DNA of 64,000 nucleotides from an uncultured Gammaproteobacteria bacterium (GTDB lineage: Bacteria; Patescibacteriota; Patescibacteriia; SG8-24; DYFX01), in NCBI GenBank assembly GCA_964404275.1, contig CAYOJH010000005.1:4471-68470 (forward strand), read 5' to 3'. The position numbers and the translations under genes are program-made. Shown piece by piece: positions 27,561 to 37,487 of the stretch; positions within the stretch are counted from its first letter, which is position 1; every line of letters starts with the position of its first letter. The notes below the pieces were generated by a model that worked only from the letters and a program-made list of their open reading frames with translations, was not told where the DNA came from and did no database searches.

Positions 27561-29591
27561 ATGCGTCACACGCGCGCGACATCCGCCCTGGCCATCCTCA
27601 CGATCTTCGCGATCGTTTCTTCGGCTGCCCCGAAGCCCGCGCTAGCCCGCGCGTCCTCCGACAAATTCGTCCGCCTCGCCAACAACTATATGAAGGCGGG
27701 CATCACGCTCCCCTCTTCCGACTACGACAAGCTCGCGTCCTACGACGTGCTCGTCCTGCCGGTCGAAGCGCAGATTTTCAACCCCGACATTTTCGACGCG
27801 CTGCGCCGCAAGAATCCGAACATCGTGATCTTGGCCTACGTGCCGACCAAAAGCTACGCCAAGATATGGAGCGAGAACCCGCTCGACACGCTGCATCCGA
27901 AACTCAAGGCGCGCGTGAACGATGCCGAACGGCTGCATACGCCCGACGGCCAGATCCTTTCCGTCTGGCCCGGCACCGAAACCTATAACGTCTCGACCGG
28001 CTGGAGCGACGCGCTCGCGAGCTTCGTCTCGCAGGACGTGATGTCGTCCGGAAAATGGGACGGCATCTTTTACGACGAAACCTCCGCCACGATCTCGTGG
28101 CTCAACGGCGGCAATGTCGACGTGAACAACGACGGCCAGAAGGACGACGCCGCCACGGCCGACCGCCTGTGGAAAGACGGCATGATCCATCTCTTCAAGA
28201 CGACGCGCGACCTGATCGGGTCCGGACCGATCATCATCACGAACGGCGATTCCGACCGCGATTTGCAGCCGTACCTGAACGGCCGCATGTTCGAGACCTT
28301 TCCGACGCCCTGGGAGTACGACGGCAGCTGGGCGACGGTCATGAACAATTACCTCCATCTTCAAAAGCAGGTCGGCTACCCGCCGCTCTTCATCATCAAC
28401 AGCAACACGAACGATACCGGCAACCAGAACGATTTTCGAAAGATGCGCTACGGGCTGACCTCGACCCTGATGGGCGACGGCTTCTATGAATTCGATTACG
28501 GCGACCAGGATCATGGCCAGACCTGGATGTATGACGAATACCGCGCCTACCTCGGCACGCCCGTCGCCGACGCGAAAAACCTGACCGGCTCGACCGACCC
28601 CGTCCGCGCCGGCGTCTGGCGCCGCGATTTCCAGCACGGCACCGTGCTCGTCAATTCCAGCAATCAAACCCAGACCGTCGACCTGAACGGCGATTTCGAG
28701 CACTTGCACGGCGCGCAGGATCCGAAAACGAACGACGGCACAATCGCGAGCATCGTCACGATTCCGCCGCAAGACGGGCTGCTGTTGCTGCGTCCGCTCG
28801 AGCATCTCGAGAACGCCGAATACCGCAACGGCGCCTTCACGCGCGTGCTCACGAGCACCGGCGCGGCGCATCGCAACGGCTTCTTCGCCTATGACGACGC
28901 GGAGAAGGGCGGCCTCGACCTGGCGGAATTCCAGCCGAGCAACGGAGTGTCGAACGTGACCGTCGCGGTCAAAGGCAATCATCTCGACCTGGTCGACGCG
29001 CAGGGCCGCATCCTGAAGAGCGTCTTTCCGTTCGGCGCCGATTGGACCAAGAGCCTGAACCTCGGCTACGGCAAAGCCGGCGGCGTCTCGTATCTGTCGG
29101 TCGGCGCGGGGCAAGGCGGCGCGCCCTATGTGCGCGCGTATGATGAGAACCTCAATCCGCTGACGGACGCCTTCATGGCCTATGACCACCGCTTCACGGG
29201 CGGCGTCAACGTTTCGATCGGCGACACTGACGGCGACGGACAGCCGGACCTCGTGACCGGCGCGGGCGCCGGCGGCGGTCCGCACGTGCGCGTTTTCGGC
29301 CTTGATCAAAGCGTCAAAGCGCAGTTTTTCGCCTACGATCAAAAATTCACCGGCGGCGTGTACGTGGCCGTCGGTGACGTGGACGGCGACGGCGCGCAGG
29401 AGATCGTGACCGGCCCGGGCTTCGGCGGCGGTCCGCACGTGCGCGTCTGGAACCGTTACGGCCAGCTCAAGAACCAGTTCTTCGCCTTTGACAGCACGAA
29501 GCGCGGCGGCGCGCGCGTATCCGTCGGCGACGTGGACGGCGACGGCACGTTCGAGATCCTCGCGATGACCAATGACGTCTTCACGCTTTGA
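27561..29591 (+). CDS. Secreted protein: N-terminal TIM-barrel-like polysaccharide hydrolase-like domain (GH114/Sph3-like class, inferred) plus C-terminal FG-GAP/VCBS beta-propeller repeats
   Basis: Signal peptide (ALAILTIFAIVSSAAPKPALARA); conserved acidic/aromatic strand ends (VLVLP, IVILAYV, GIFYDE, IIITNGD); four C-terminal repeats of GDxDGDGxxExVTGxGxGGGPHVRVW type. Confidence 0.6.
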   Translation: MRHTRATSALAILTIFAIVSSAAPKPALARASSDKFVRLANNYMKAGITLPSSDYDKLASYDVLVLPVEAQIFNPDIFDALRRKNPNIVILAYVPTKSYAKIWSENPLDTLHPKLKARVNDAERLHTPDGQILSVWPGTETYNVSTGWSDALASFVSQDVMSSGKWDGIFYDETSATISWLNGGNVDVNNDGQKDDAATADRLWKDGMIHLFKTTRDLIGSGPIIITNGDSDRDLQPYLNGRMFETFPTPWEYDGSWATVMNNYLHLQKQVGYPPLFIINSNTNDTGNQNDFRKMRYGLTSTLMGDGFYEFDYGDQDHGQTWMYDEYRAYLGTPVADAKNLTGSTDPVRAGVWRRDFQHGTVLVNSSNQTQTVDLNGDFEHLHGAQDPKTNDGTIASIVTIPPQDGLLLLRPLEHLENAEYRNGAFTRVLTSTGAAHRNGFFAYDDAEKGGLDLAEFQPSNGVSNVTVAVKGNHLDLVDAQGRILKSVFPFGADWTKSLNLGYGKAGGVSYLSVGAGQGGAPYVRAYDENLNPLTDAFMAYDHRFTGGVNVSIGDTDGDGQPDLVTGAGAGGGPHVRVFGLDQSVKAQFFAYDQKFTGGVYVAVGDVDGDGAQEIVTGPGFGGGPHVRVWNRYGQLKNQFFAFDSTKRGGARVSVGDVDGDGTFEILAMTNDVFTL

Positions 29592-29593
29592 CT

Positions 29594-31330
29594 ATGCATC
29601 CCCTCCTCCACCGCGCGCACGCCCACGTGAAGCGCCATTACGAAAAGCATTACAAGACGCGCTACCAAGAGCGCGCGCATTTGGTGTTCCTGCTCGATAG
29701 CGTTTTGGTTTCGATCGCGCTCGCGCTCTTGGCCGTGGGCTGCTACTTCCGCTGGTCCTATCACCCGCTGCGCGATGATTTCCAGCTTTCGCTGCTGACG
29801 GATCGGGAGATCACGGCCGGCAAAGAAACGACCTTCGCGATCCGCGTCGTCAATGGAGGGAAAACGAGTTTACACGACGCTCGGATGTCGGTGCGCCTGC
29901 CTACGATGTTCGTGCCTGACGCCGTGCCGGCCGCCTACGACGCGACGTCCGGCGGGCTCGAGATCGGGAACATGGACGCGCGCGCCTCTTATCAATACCG
30001 TTTCCGCGGCTTCTTGTTCGGCCCCGCGCAGGCGGCGGACTTGTACGTCCGCTTCACGGCGCAAAACGACGCCGGAAAATCCGACGAAAAATTGACGCAA
30101 GGCGAGCTGCGCTGGAACGCGAACGCGATCGAGACGCGTCTTGAGATGCCGGGCGCGGTCATCCCCGGGCAAGCCGCTTCGTTCAAGCTGCACGTCAAAA
30201 ACGGATCGGCATTCGCCTTCGACCGCGCGGAGATCACCCCTTCATTCCCGGCAGGCTTCCGCCTGCAGAACGCCACGCCGCCGCTCTATCGCGGCGTGAT
30301 CGCGCTCGGACGGCTTGAACCCGGCGAAGAGGATGTCCTCGAATTTTCGGGCCGCTTTATTGGCGGGCCTTCGAAGCGGCATTTCGAAACGACGCTCTTC
30401 GGCGACATCGGCAATCGTCATTTCACATTGTCGAATGCGCAGTCCGACGTGCGTCTGGCCGACGCAGGCTTGAAGCTCGATGCGCGCTTCGACGGCGCCG
30501 CTCCGCCCTTCGTGCAACCGGGACAAGACGTGCCGGTCATCGTCCGCTATCGCAATGCCGGCGCGCAGACGATCAAAAACCTGACGCTCTCGCTCGAACC
30601 GGACGCGGCCGATCTCGGCGCCGTCCGCTGGGAAACGTCGCCCGTCGTCGGCGATCTCGCGCCGGGCGAAAGCGGCGAACGCAAGGCCACGCTGCACGCG
30701 CTCGAAAAGATTTCGCCGTACGCCACCAATCCGCTGCTCCGCGCTTCGCCGCAAGCGACGTTCTCGATCGAGAATCCGCCGGTCCAAGGCGCGCTCGTGA
30801 CGGGCGACGCCGTCGAAACCAAAGTCGCCGGCACCGCGACGCTCCGCGCCGCCGCTCGCTACTTCACGACCGAAGGCGATCAGATCGGCCGCGGCCCCCT
30901 GCCGCCCAAGGTCGGCCAAACGACGCGCTATTGGATCTTCGCGAGCCTGGAGACCGGAGCCTCGGCGACGGAAAACGGCTTGGTGAGTTTCCGCTTGCCG
31001 CCCGGAGTCGCTTGGACCGGCCGCGCGACGGTCACCTCCGGCGAGGATCTCCTGCTGGTCGGCGATCGCCTGATCTGGCGCCTCGGCGCGACGGACGCCC
31101 ATGCCGGCGCGCTGATCGAAGCGCCCAGCGCTTCCTTCGAAATCGCGCTGACGCCCTCGGCCGAACAGGCCGGCACCGCGCCTGCCCTGCTCGAAGAAGC
31201 GAGCTTCACCGGCCAAGACGCCTGGACTGGTACGTCGCTCACCTCCAGCTTCGATGGCCTGACCACCCGTCTGCCGGGCGACCCGGCCGTGGCCGGTCGC
31301 GCCCTGATCCAGCCATCATCCCCAAAATAA
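29594..31330 (+). CDS. Membrane-anchored protein with tandem CARDB/DUF11-like beta-sandwich domains
   Basis: Basic cytoplasmic N-term, one TM (LVFLLDSVLVSIALALLAVGCYF), then repeated Ig-like modules; start 3 nt after upstream stop. Confidence 0.55.
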   Translation: MHPLLHRAHAHVKRHYEKHYKTRYQERAHLVFLLDSVLVSIALALLAVGCYFRWSYHPLRDDFQLSLLTDREITAGKETTFAIRVVNGGKTSLHDARMSVRLPTMFVPDAVPAAYDATSGGLEIGNMDARASYQYRFRGFLFGPAQAADLYVRFTAQNDAGKSDEKLTQGELRWNANAIETRLEMPGAVIPGQAASFKLHVKNGSAFAFDRAEITPSFPAGFRLQNATPPLYRGVIALGRLEPGEEDVLEFSGRFIGGPSKRHFETTLFGDIGNRHFTLSNAQSDVRLADAGLKLDARFDGAAPPFVQPGQDVPVIVRYRNAGAQTIKNLTLSLEPDAADLGAVRWETSPVVGDLAPGESGERKATLHALEKISPYATNPLLRASPQATFSIENPPVQGALVTGDAVETKVAGTATLRAAARYFTTEGDQIGRGPLPPKVGQTTRYWIFASLETGASATENGLVSFRLPPGVAWTGRATVTSGEDLLLVGDRLIWRLGATDAHAGALIEAPSASFEIALTPSAEQAGTAPALLEEASFTGQDAWTGTSLTSSFDGLTTRLPGDPAVAGRALIQPSSPK

Positions 31331-31333
31331 GGC

Positions 31334-31364
31334 CAAAACCGACCCCGGAAGGGTCGGTTTTCTG
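31334..31364 (+). terminator. Rho-independent terminator
   Basis: CCGACCC-CGGAA-GGGTCGG followed by TTTTCT. Confidence 0.7.
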
Positions 31365-31378
31365 GCTGTCGATTGAGC

Positions 31379-31407
31379 TTGACAAAGTGGCTGTTTTCTG
31401 GTAGAGT
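31379..31407 (+). promoter_or_regulatory. Sigma-70-type promoter TTGACA-N17-TAGAGT
   Basis: -10 ends 8 nt before ATG 31416 with no SD: probable leaderless or very short leader. Confidence 0.6.
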
Positions 31408-31415
31408 GCGCGGTT

Positions 31416-32615
31416 ATGAAAATCGCGATTATCGGCTCCAAAGGCATTCCGGCCATGTCCGGAGGCATCGAACGGCACGTTGAAGAGCTCGCTCCGCGTC
31501 TGGCGAAGCGCGGCTTCAAGGTGTCGGTCTATACGCGCCCGTGGTACACGGGTTCGCGCAAGACGTCGCACAATGGCGTGCGGCTGGTTCCGCTTGCCTC
31601 GATGAAGACGAAGCATCTCGACGCGATCACCCACACCTTCGCGGCGACGATCCACGCGATGAAAGAAAACTTCGACGTCTACCATTACCACGGCGTCGGT
31701 CCCGCGCTGCTCGCCTGGATGCCCCGCGTCTTCCGCCCGTCGGCCAAAGTCATCGTGACGTTTCACTGCCTCGACCGCCGCGTGCAGAAATGGGGACCCG
31801 GCGCTCGCGCCGTCCTGAAATTCGGCGAATGGGCCGCCACGCACTTCGCGCACAAGACCATCGTGGTCTCAAAGACGCTCGCCCACTACGTGCGCGAAGT
31901 CTACAACTGCCGCGCCGTCTACATCCCGAACGGCGTCAAAGTCCAGAAGCCGACGATCAAAGACAACGCCATCCTCGAGAACTTCCATCTCGACAAGGGC
32001 CGCTACGTCGTGATGGTCTCGCGCCTCATCCGTTCGAAGAACGCCGACACGCTGGTCGCCGCCTGGCGCCGCCTCAAGGCCGCCTCGACCGACCTGCGCG
32101 TCCTCGGCATGAAGCTCGTGATCGTCGGCGACGGCGATCTGACGGATCCGTACGTTTGGAAAGTCCGCGCGGAAGCCGCCGGCGCCAAGGACATCGTCCT
32201 GGCCGGCGCCCGCTACGGCGCCGAACTCCACGCGCTTATCGCCAACGCCGCCTTCGCCGTGCACCCGTCCGCCTCCGAAGGTTTGCCGATCGCCGTCCTC
32301 GAAAAGATGGCGCACGGCAAAGCCGTCCTGGCCTCGAACATTCCGGAACATCTGGAAATCGTCGAGGGCCGCGGCTTCACTTTCCGCCTGGAAGACGAGC
32401 GCGACCTGATGGTCCAACTCTACTGGATGCTGACCCATCCGCGCGCCTGCGCCGAAATGGGCCGCGAAGCGAAAAAGCACGTCTCTTCCTACTTTAACTG
32501 GGAAAAGATTGCCAAAGAGACCTCTTTGGTCTATAACACCCTCGCTCCCGCCAAGGCGAAATCCGTTCGCAAGAACGCCTTCCACCTGGCCGGCGCCCGC
32601 CGCGCGGCTGCATAA
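31416..32615 (+). CDS. GT4 glycosyltransferase with DUF1972-type N-terminal domain
   Basis: MKIAIIGSKGIPAMSGGIERHVEEL N-terminus characteristic of DUF1972-GT1 proteins (WbbX-like); C-terminal SEGLPIAVLEKMAHGKAVLAS. Confidence 0.8.
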   Translation: MKIAIIGSKGIPAMSGGIERHVEELAPRLAKRGFKVSVYTRPWYTGSRKTSHNGVRLVPLASMKTKHLDAITHTFAATIHAMKENFDVYHYHGVGPALLAWMPRVFRPSAKVIVTFHCLDRRVQKWGPGARAVLKFGEWAATHFAHKTIVVSKTLAHYVREVYNCRAVYIPNGVKVQKPTIKDNAILENFHLDKGRYVVMVSRLIRSKNADTLVAAWRRLKAASTDLRVLGMKLVIVGDGDLTDPYVWKVRAEAAGAKDIVLAGARYGAELHALIANAAFAVHPSASEGLPIAVLEKMAHGKAVLASNIPEHLEIVEGRGFTFRLEDERDLMVQLYWMLTHPRACAEMGREAKKHVSSYFNWEKIAKETSLVYNTLAPAKAKSVRKNAFHLAGARRAAA

Positions 32616-32623
32616 GCCCGCGG

Positions 32624-32660
32624 CAAGAAAACCCCCACCGCTGCATGGTGGGGGTTTTCT
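32624..32660. terminator. Bidirectional rho-independent terminator between convergent GT4 genes
   Basis: AAAACCCCCACC-GCTGCAT-GGTGGGGGTTTT. Confidence 0.8.
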
Positions 32661-33879
32661 ATTTTCCGATTGCTTCCTTATAGATGCGGTGGATCCTTCC
32701 GAGATGCAGTCCGGGGTTGTATTCGGTTTCGGCGAGGTGGCGGCCGGCGCGGGCGAGGGCGTCGACGCGGGAGTATTCGGCGGCGATCCAATTCAGTTTG
32801 GCGGCGAGCTCTTTCGGGTCTTGCGGTTCGAAAAGCAAACCCGTTTCGTCTTCGCGCACGACTTCGGGGAGCGCGCCGATGCGCGAAGCGACGACCGGCT
32901 TGCCCCAGGCGTAGGCCTCGAGCGCGGTCAGGCCGAAGGTTTCATACGATTGCGAAGGGATGACCACGACCTTGGCGCGGGCGAATTCGCGATCGAGCTC
33001 TTCGCCGTAGAGCGCGCCTCTGAATTCGACGTTCTCGAGGCGCAATTCTTGCGCGAGACGCGCGAGCGCTTCTTTTTCCGGACCGTCGCCGACGATGACG
33101 CACGTCAATCCTTTCACGTCTTTCATGGCGCGGAGCAGCACGTCGACGCCCTTCTCGGGCGAGAGACGTCCGACGAACAGCGCGCGCGGCTCGGAGTCAT
33201 AGCGCGGCGTGCGACCCGTAAGATCGATGAAGTGCGGCACGACTTCGATTTTGTCTTGATGGATCCCGTAGGCCATGAGCTTCTCGCGGACGAAGACGCT
33301 CGGCGCGATGAAGGTCGCGACGTGCTCGTACGCGCCCATCACGTGATGCAGCCAGCCTTCGAAGGCGCTGAGCGCGCTCTTCAGCATGGAGCCGCCGATC
33401 AGCTTCCGGCGGAACGTATCCCAATAGCGATGCGAAATGAGAGGCTCGACGATCTGCCCGCGATCATACAGGCCGTAATTCGGCGAGATCAGGTGATAAT
33501 CGTGAACCGTCATCACGGTCGGCAACTTTCTTTTTTTCGCGACCGCCAGGATCGAGGGCGAAATTTGGTGATAGATATTGTGGACGTGCAGCACGTCGGC
33601 GGGAAACGCGGCCAGGAGCGCCGAGAATTTCTTGGCCGCTTCGAAAGACCAGAGCATCCGTCCGGCCGTGCGCAGGCCTTCGCGGTCGAAACGCGCGCGA
33701 TCCGTCTGGACTTCCGAAACGAAAAAGCGCTCGTAGGGCGACGGCAGATTCTTCGGCGAACGCATCGCGAAATCGGTGACGGTGTCGCCGTTCCGCGCGA
33801 GAAGCGTCGCGAGCTCGAAGACATAGCGCTCCGCGCCACCTTTGAGATAATGAAATTTGTTGGCGAGCGCGACGCGCAT
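32659..33879 (-). CDS. GT4-family glycosyltransferase
   Basis: MRVALANKFHYLKGGAERYV...ETFGLTALEAYAWGKPVVASRIGALPEVV; internal Met start (track ORF has 160 extra codons). Confidence 0.8.
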   Translation of the reverse strand: MRVALANKFHYLKGGAERYVFELATLLARNGDTVTDFAMRSPKNLPSPYERFFVSEVQTDRARFDREGLRTAGRMLWSFEAAKKFSALLAAFPADVLHVHNIYHQISPSILAVAKKRKLPTVMTVHDYHLISPNYGLYDRGQIVEPLISHRYWDTFRRKLIGGSMLKSALSAFEGWLHHVMGAYEHVATFIAPSVFVREKLMAYGIHQDKIEVVPHFIDLTGRTPRYDSEPRALFVGRLSPEKGVDVLLRAMKDVKGLTCVIVGDGPEKEALARLAQELRLENVEFRGALYGEELDREFARAKVVVIPSQSYETFGLTALEAYAWGKPVVASRIGALPEVVREDETGLLFEPQDPKELAAKLNWIAAEYSRVDALARAGRHLAETEYNPGLHLGRIHRIYKEAIGK

Positions 33880-33884
33880 GTTCG

Positions 33885-35432
33885 TCAAACCAATTTTTCC
33901 CGCTGCTCCGCAACGACCAGGAGTGCGCCAAACATCCAGAAGTACAGGCTGATCGTGCGCACTTCGAGATAGGTGCCGAGCATCGCCTGGAAGGCGAAGG
34001 CCAGCGTGGCGCCGAGATACCCGAGCGCCATCCCGCGCAAGAACGGATCCTTCGTACGACGGTAGACCGTCCAGGCCGCGCGGAAGAGCAGCACGAACAT
34101 CCAGACGTAGAGCGCCAGGCCGAGCGTGCCGATCTCGCCCCAGAGCGAGAACCAGTTGTTGTCGATGTAGCCGTCGGTGCCGTAGACGCCGAAGGGCAGC
34201 CCGAGCTTGTCGTAGGTCGTCGTGTTGCCGAGCACGGCGGCCGCTCCCCCGCCGTAGGTACCCGGACCGTGGCCGAAAATCGGCGCGGACGGCACGACTC
34301 TGAGCGGCGTGTTCACCAGCCAATACACCCGGCCGTAGCCGTAATATTCGCCGCGCCAACGCTCATACGAAAAGGCTTCGAGCAGACGCGCCAGGATCGT
34401 CTGATCCGGCAGGTCGGTCAGGTAGCGTACGACGATGCCTTTGTACGCCGAGTAGCCGGCGATCATGGCGACCGTGATCAGAAAGCCCGCCAGGATCTTT
34501 TTATCTTTCTTGACGCGCACGGCGATGTAGAGGAAGCCGAGCAGGAAGCCGAACCATGACGCGCGCGAATAGGTCAGCGCCAAGGCGCCCGAGGCGATCA
34601 TGAACACGGCGATCAGATACCGATGCCACTTCCCTTTCGTAAGCTCGTAGAGCCAGCCGGACAGGAGCAGCAGGAAGAAGCACAGGAACGTGCCGAGCTG
34701 ATCGTAGCGGCCGAGGGTCGCGAAGACGCGCTGGCCCGGCGCCCAGAACTGCTCGGTGCCGCCCGTGAGCGCGATCGCGTCGTAGAAATGACGCTCGCTC
34801 GGCAAGAGGAACGGATCGAGCGCGCCGAAGGTCGCGGCCTGGAGGATACCGAGCGCGCTTTCGAAGAAGACGAGGCCGAGCATCAAGACGACGAGCTTGC
34901 GCATGTACGCCCGCGACGGCGCGAGCGCGGCCACCGCGAAGAACAGCAGCATGAAGCGGATGATCTGGCGGATGCCGAGCACGGCGATCGACGGCTGGAC
35001 GAAATTCGAAATGGCCGAAGCGACGGCGACGAGCACGAGCAGCGCGAAGGGCAGATCGATCGGCGTCGGCGCACGGCGCTCGCCGAGGAGATAGCGACGC
35101 AGCAGCGCGGAAGCCAAGAGCAGGTAGATCAGGACTTCCGAAAAATATTTCGCGTAGATGTAGAGCTCGTCCGGCACGAACTTCAGGAGGAACGGCTCGA
35201 GCGGGATATAGACGGCCAGGAAGGCCAGCATCCAGGTCGGCTTGCGATAAACGATGACGATCAAACCGACGCCCAGGAAAAACGCCAGCACTTTCCAGGG
35301 CGACAGGAAGACGACCAGGAGGCAGAAGAAGGCGGCGGCGCCGAGAAAAAACTTGACCAGACGCTGCCAGGGCACGTCGGGAATCTCGAACAGCTTGCGC
35401 ACCTCCCGTTTCAGCGCGTCGACGATCGGCAT
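33885..35432 (-). CDS. O-antigen ligase/polymerase family (Wzy/WaaL-like) polytopic membrane protein
   Basis: ~12 TM helices with large extracytoplasmic loop containing conserved Arg/His pattern; adjacency to GT4 genes and Wzz-like gene. Confidence 0.65.
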   Translation of the reverse strand: MPIVDALKREVRKLFEIPDVPWQRLVKFFLGAAAFFCLLVVFLSPWKVLAFFLGVGLIVIVYRKPTWMLAFLAVYIPLEPFLLKFVPDELYIYAKYFSEVLIYLLLASALLRRYLLGERRAPTPIDLPFALLVLVAVASAISNFVQPSIAVLGIRQIIRFMLLFFAVAALAPSRAYMRKLVVLMLGLVFFESALGILQAATFGALDPFLLPSERHFYDAIALTGGTEQFWAPGQRVFATLGRYDQLGTFLCFFLLLLSGWLYELTKGKWHRYLIAVFMIASGALALTYSRASWFGFLLGFLYIAVRVKKDKKILAGFLITVAMIAGYSAYKGIVVRYLTDLPDQTILARLLEAFSYERWRGEYYGYGRVYWLVNTPLRVVPSAPIFGHGPGTYGGGAAAVLGNTTTYDKLGLPFGVYGTDGYIDNNWFSLWGEIGTLGLALYVWMFVLLFRAAWTVYRRTKDPFLRGMALGYLGATLAFAFQAMLGTYLEVRTISLYFWMFGALLVVAEQREKLV

Positions 35433-35514
35433 ATCGCCTTCAGTTTAGCAGAAAAAGAAAGAGAGGGCGACCCGCAGTTGCCTGCAAATCGTCCTCTGAG
35501 AAGCGAAGAAAGAA

Positions 35515-37281
35515 CTAATGCCAGATGTGGCCACCGGTGATGAAGCAATTGCTGTAGGTGTACTCGTTCAGGTCGAGCCAGTAGACGTTCGTCCCGTCCG
35601 TGAGGGCGGGACTGAAGGCGTTGTCCGAGCTCGAGAGCGTGAACGTGTACGTGGCCGTATCACCCTGCCAGCCGAGGATCGTCCTGCCCGTCGTGTAGGG
35701 CAGGCTGTAATTCGTGCTGGCCGAACCGTATTCCATCTTCCAATTGGATGATGGGTTCACGGTCTGGCCGTTCGACAGGTGCGCCAGGATCCCGTTCGAG
35801 ATCGTGATCGTCCAGTCGGTCGACGTCAGCGAGCAGCTGATCGTGCCGTTGCTCGCGTTCGTCGTGGTCGAATGCAGGAACTCATTCGTCCCGATCGCGC
35901 AGGTGCCCGAGGCCGCGTAATCGCTTACGCGCGCCCAGTGCTCGTGACCGTTCGTGTCCCAGACGGCGAAGGTGAAGTTCGAGACCGTGTTCGGCATCGT
36001 CAGCGTATACGAGACGCTATCCGACTGCCACGTCAGCGCTTGCGTGCCGCCGTAGCCGAACCCGATCGACGAAGGCGAGGCGCCGTTGAACGCGTCCAAG
36101 ACGTGCGCCAGGACTCCGGACGGGATCGTCACGAGCGTGTTCGATCCCGATTCGGAGCACGTGACGGTCGCGGAACCGGTGTTCGATCCCGCCGCGTGGC
36201 GGAATTCGCCGGTCCCGACCGAACAGGTGCCTGAGGCGTTGAACTGGGTCACGTCGAACCAGTGATCGTTGCCGCCCGTGTCGCGCACGACGAGATTGAA
36301 TCCGGAAACCGTGTTCGGCATCGTCAGCACGTACGAGGTGCTGTCCGAGACCCACGCTTCCGAATCCGTCCCGCCGTAGCCGAAGCGGATCGACGAAGGC
36401 GTCGCGCCGTTGAGGTCGAAGACGTGCGCCAGGATCCCGTTCGAGATCGTGACATAGGTCTGCGTTCCCTGTTCGACGCACGCGAGGTTGCCGTTGCCGG
36501 TGTTCGTCGTGCCGGTGCCGTGATGGCAGCCGTCGCTCTGGCAGCTGTCCGCCGTCGAGCTGTTGCCGTCGTCGCAGGCGTTCGGACAGAGCGGCGGTCG
36601 TCCGATGACGAAACCGTCGTCGGCGCCGTTCGGACCGAAGCCGTCCGAGATCCGAGCACAGCTGTCGCCGCCCACGTTCCACTTCGACAAGTCGAAACGG
36701 AGCGCGGTGCCGGACGACGGCCAGGCCAAGAGCGTGAAGCGCTGAGCCTGATTCTGCGGGATGACGATCTCCTCCGAGAGCACGCCGCCCAACGAAGTCT
36801 CGTTGGCATCGAGCGCGATCTGGTACGCGGTCGTCAGCGTCGTGGTGTTCCACGTGCTGCCGTCCGCGTCGGTGGCGATCGAGATGTGCGTCGGCGAGGT
36901 CAGCGTGCCGCCGTAGATAGCGTCGGTCAGCTTGCCGGAGACCGTGACATGCAGGTTGCCGTCGTTCGTCACGAAGCAACTGATGCCATGGGTCGTCGGA
37001 AGCGTGTTCGACATGTCGCAGGTGCCCGCTTGCTCGTTGCAGGTCTCGTTCGCGCCGCAGCTCGAGGCGTACGCGCAGGTGCCGCTCCGGCACGTGCCGA
37101 AGTCGCAGGCGGACGGAGCGTTGTCGCAGTCCGCGTCCGAGGCGCAGCTCTTGGGCTGCGGATTCGGATTGGGATTGGGATTCGAGCCGCCGCCGTTGCC
37201 GTCGTCGCCGGAACCGGCGGGACGGATGGCGCAGGCCGCGAGCGCGAGGCTGCACGCCAGGAAACGGATGATCGTCTTCAT
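35515..37281 (-). CDS. Cys-rich lipoprotein with three tandem ~95-aa repeats
   Basis: Lipobox LAACA; NPNPNPNPQP linker; three repeats each G[IV]LAH...GxxPSSI...GYGGT...WxSDSxSYxLTMPNTVSxF...SGTCxxGTxEF. Confidence 0.6.
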   Translation of the reverse strand: MKTIIRFLACSLALAACAIRPAGSGDDGNGGGSNPNPNPNPQPKSCASDADCDNAPSACDFGTCRSGTCAYASSCGANETCNEQAGTCDMSNTLPTTHGISCFVTNDGNLHVTVSGKLTDAIYGGTLTSPTHISIATDADGSTWNTTTLTTAYQIALDANETSLGGVLSEEIVIPQNQAQRFTLLAWPSSGTALRFDLSKWNVGGDSCARISDGFGPNGADDGFVIGRPPLCPNACDDGNSSTADSCQSDGCHHGTGTTNTGNGNLACVEQGTQTYVTISNGILAHVFDLNGATPSSIRFGYGGTDSEAWVSDSTSYVLTMPNTVSGFNLVVRDTGGNDHWFDVTQFNASGTCSVGTGEFRHAAGSNTGSATVTCSESGSNTLVTIPSGVLAHVLDAFNGASPSSIGFGYGGTQALTWQSDSVSYTLTMPNTVSNFTFAVWDTNGHEHWARVSDYAASGTCAIGTNEFLHSTTTNASNGTISCSLTSTDWTITISNGILAHLSNGQTVNPSSNWKMEYGSASTNYSLPYTTGRTILGWQGDTATYTFTLSSSDNAFSPALTDGTNVYWLDLNEYTYSNCFITGGHIWH

Positions 37282-37367
37282 CGGAGACTCCTCTGGCCTT
37301 TCGGCCGGTTGGAAAACCTAGGAAATGAGCTGCTGTCGGAGACCGTGGCCTCCAGCAGTCTGGGCGA

Positions 37368-37396
37368 AGTTTAGCACAAAATGCCTATTTTGTCAA
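37368..37396 (-). promoter_or_regulatory. Sigma-70-type promoter TTGACA-N17-TAAACT
   Basis: Minus strand TTGACAaaataggcattttgtgcTAAACT about 90 nt upstream of lipoprotein start 37281, in AT-rich intergenic region. Confidence 0.6.
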
Positions 37397-37487
37397 GATA
37401 TTTGGACACTCAAAATAAGCCAAATTTAGGCAAAATAAAGAGGCGGTAGATCGTCATTTCTGACAAATCTGCCGCCTGAGACCGAGA

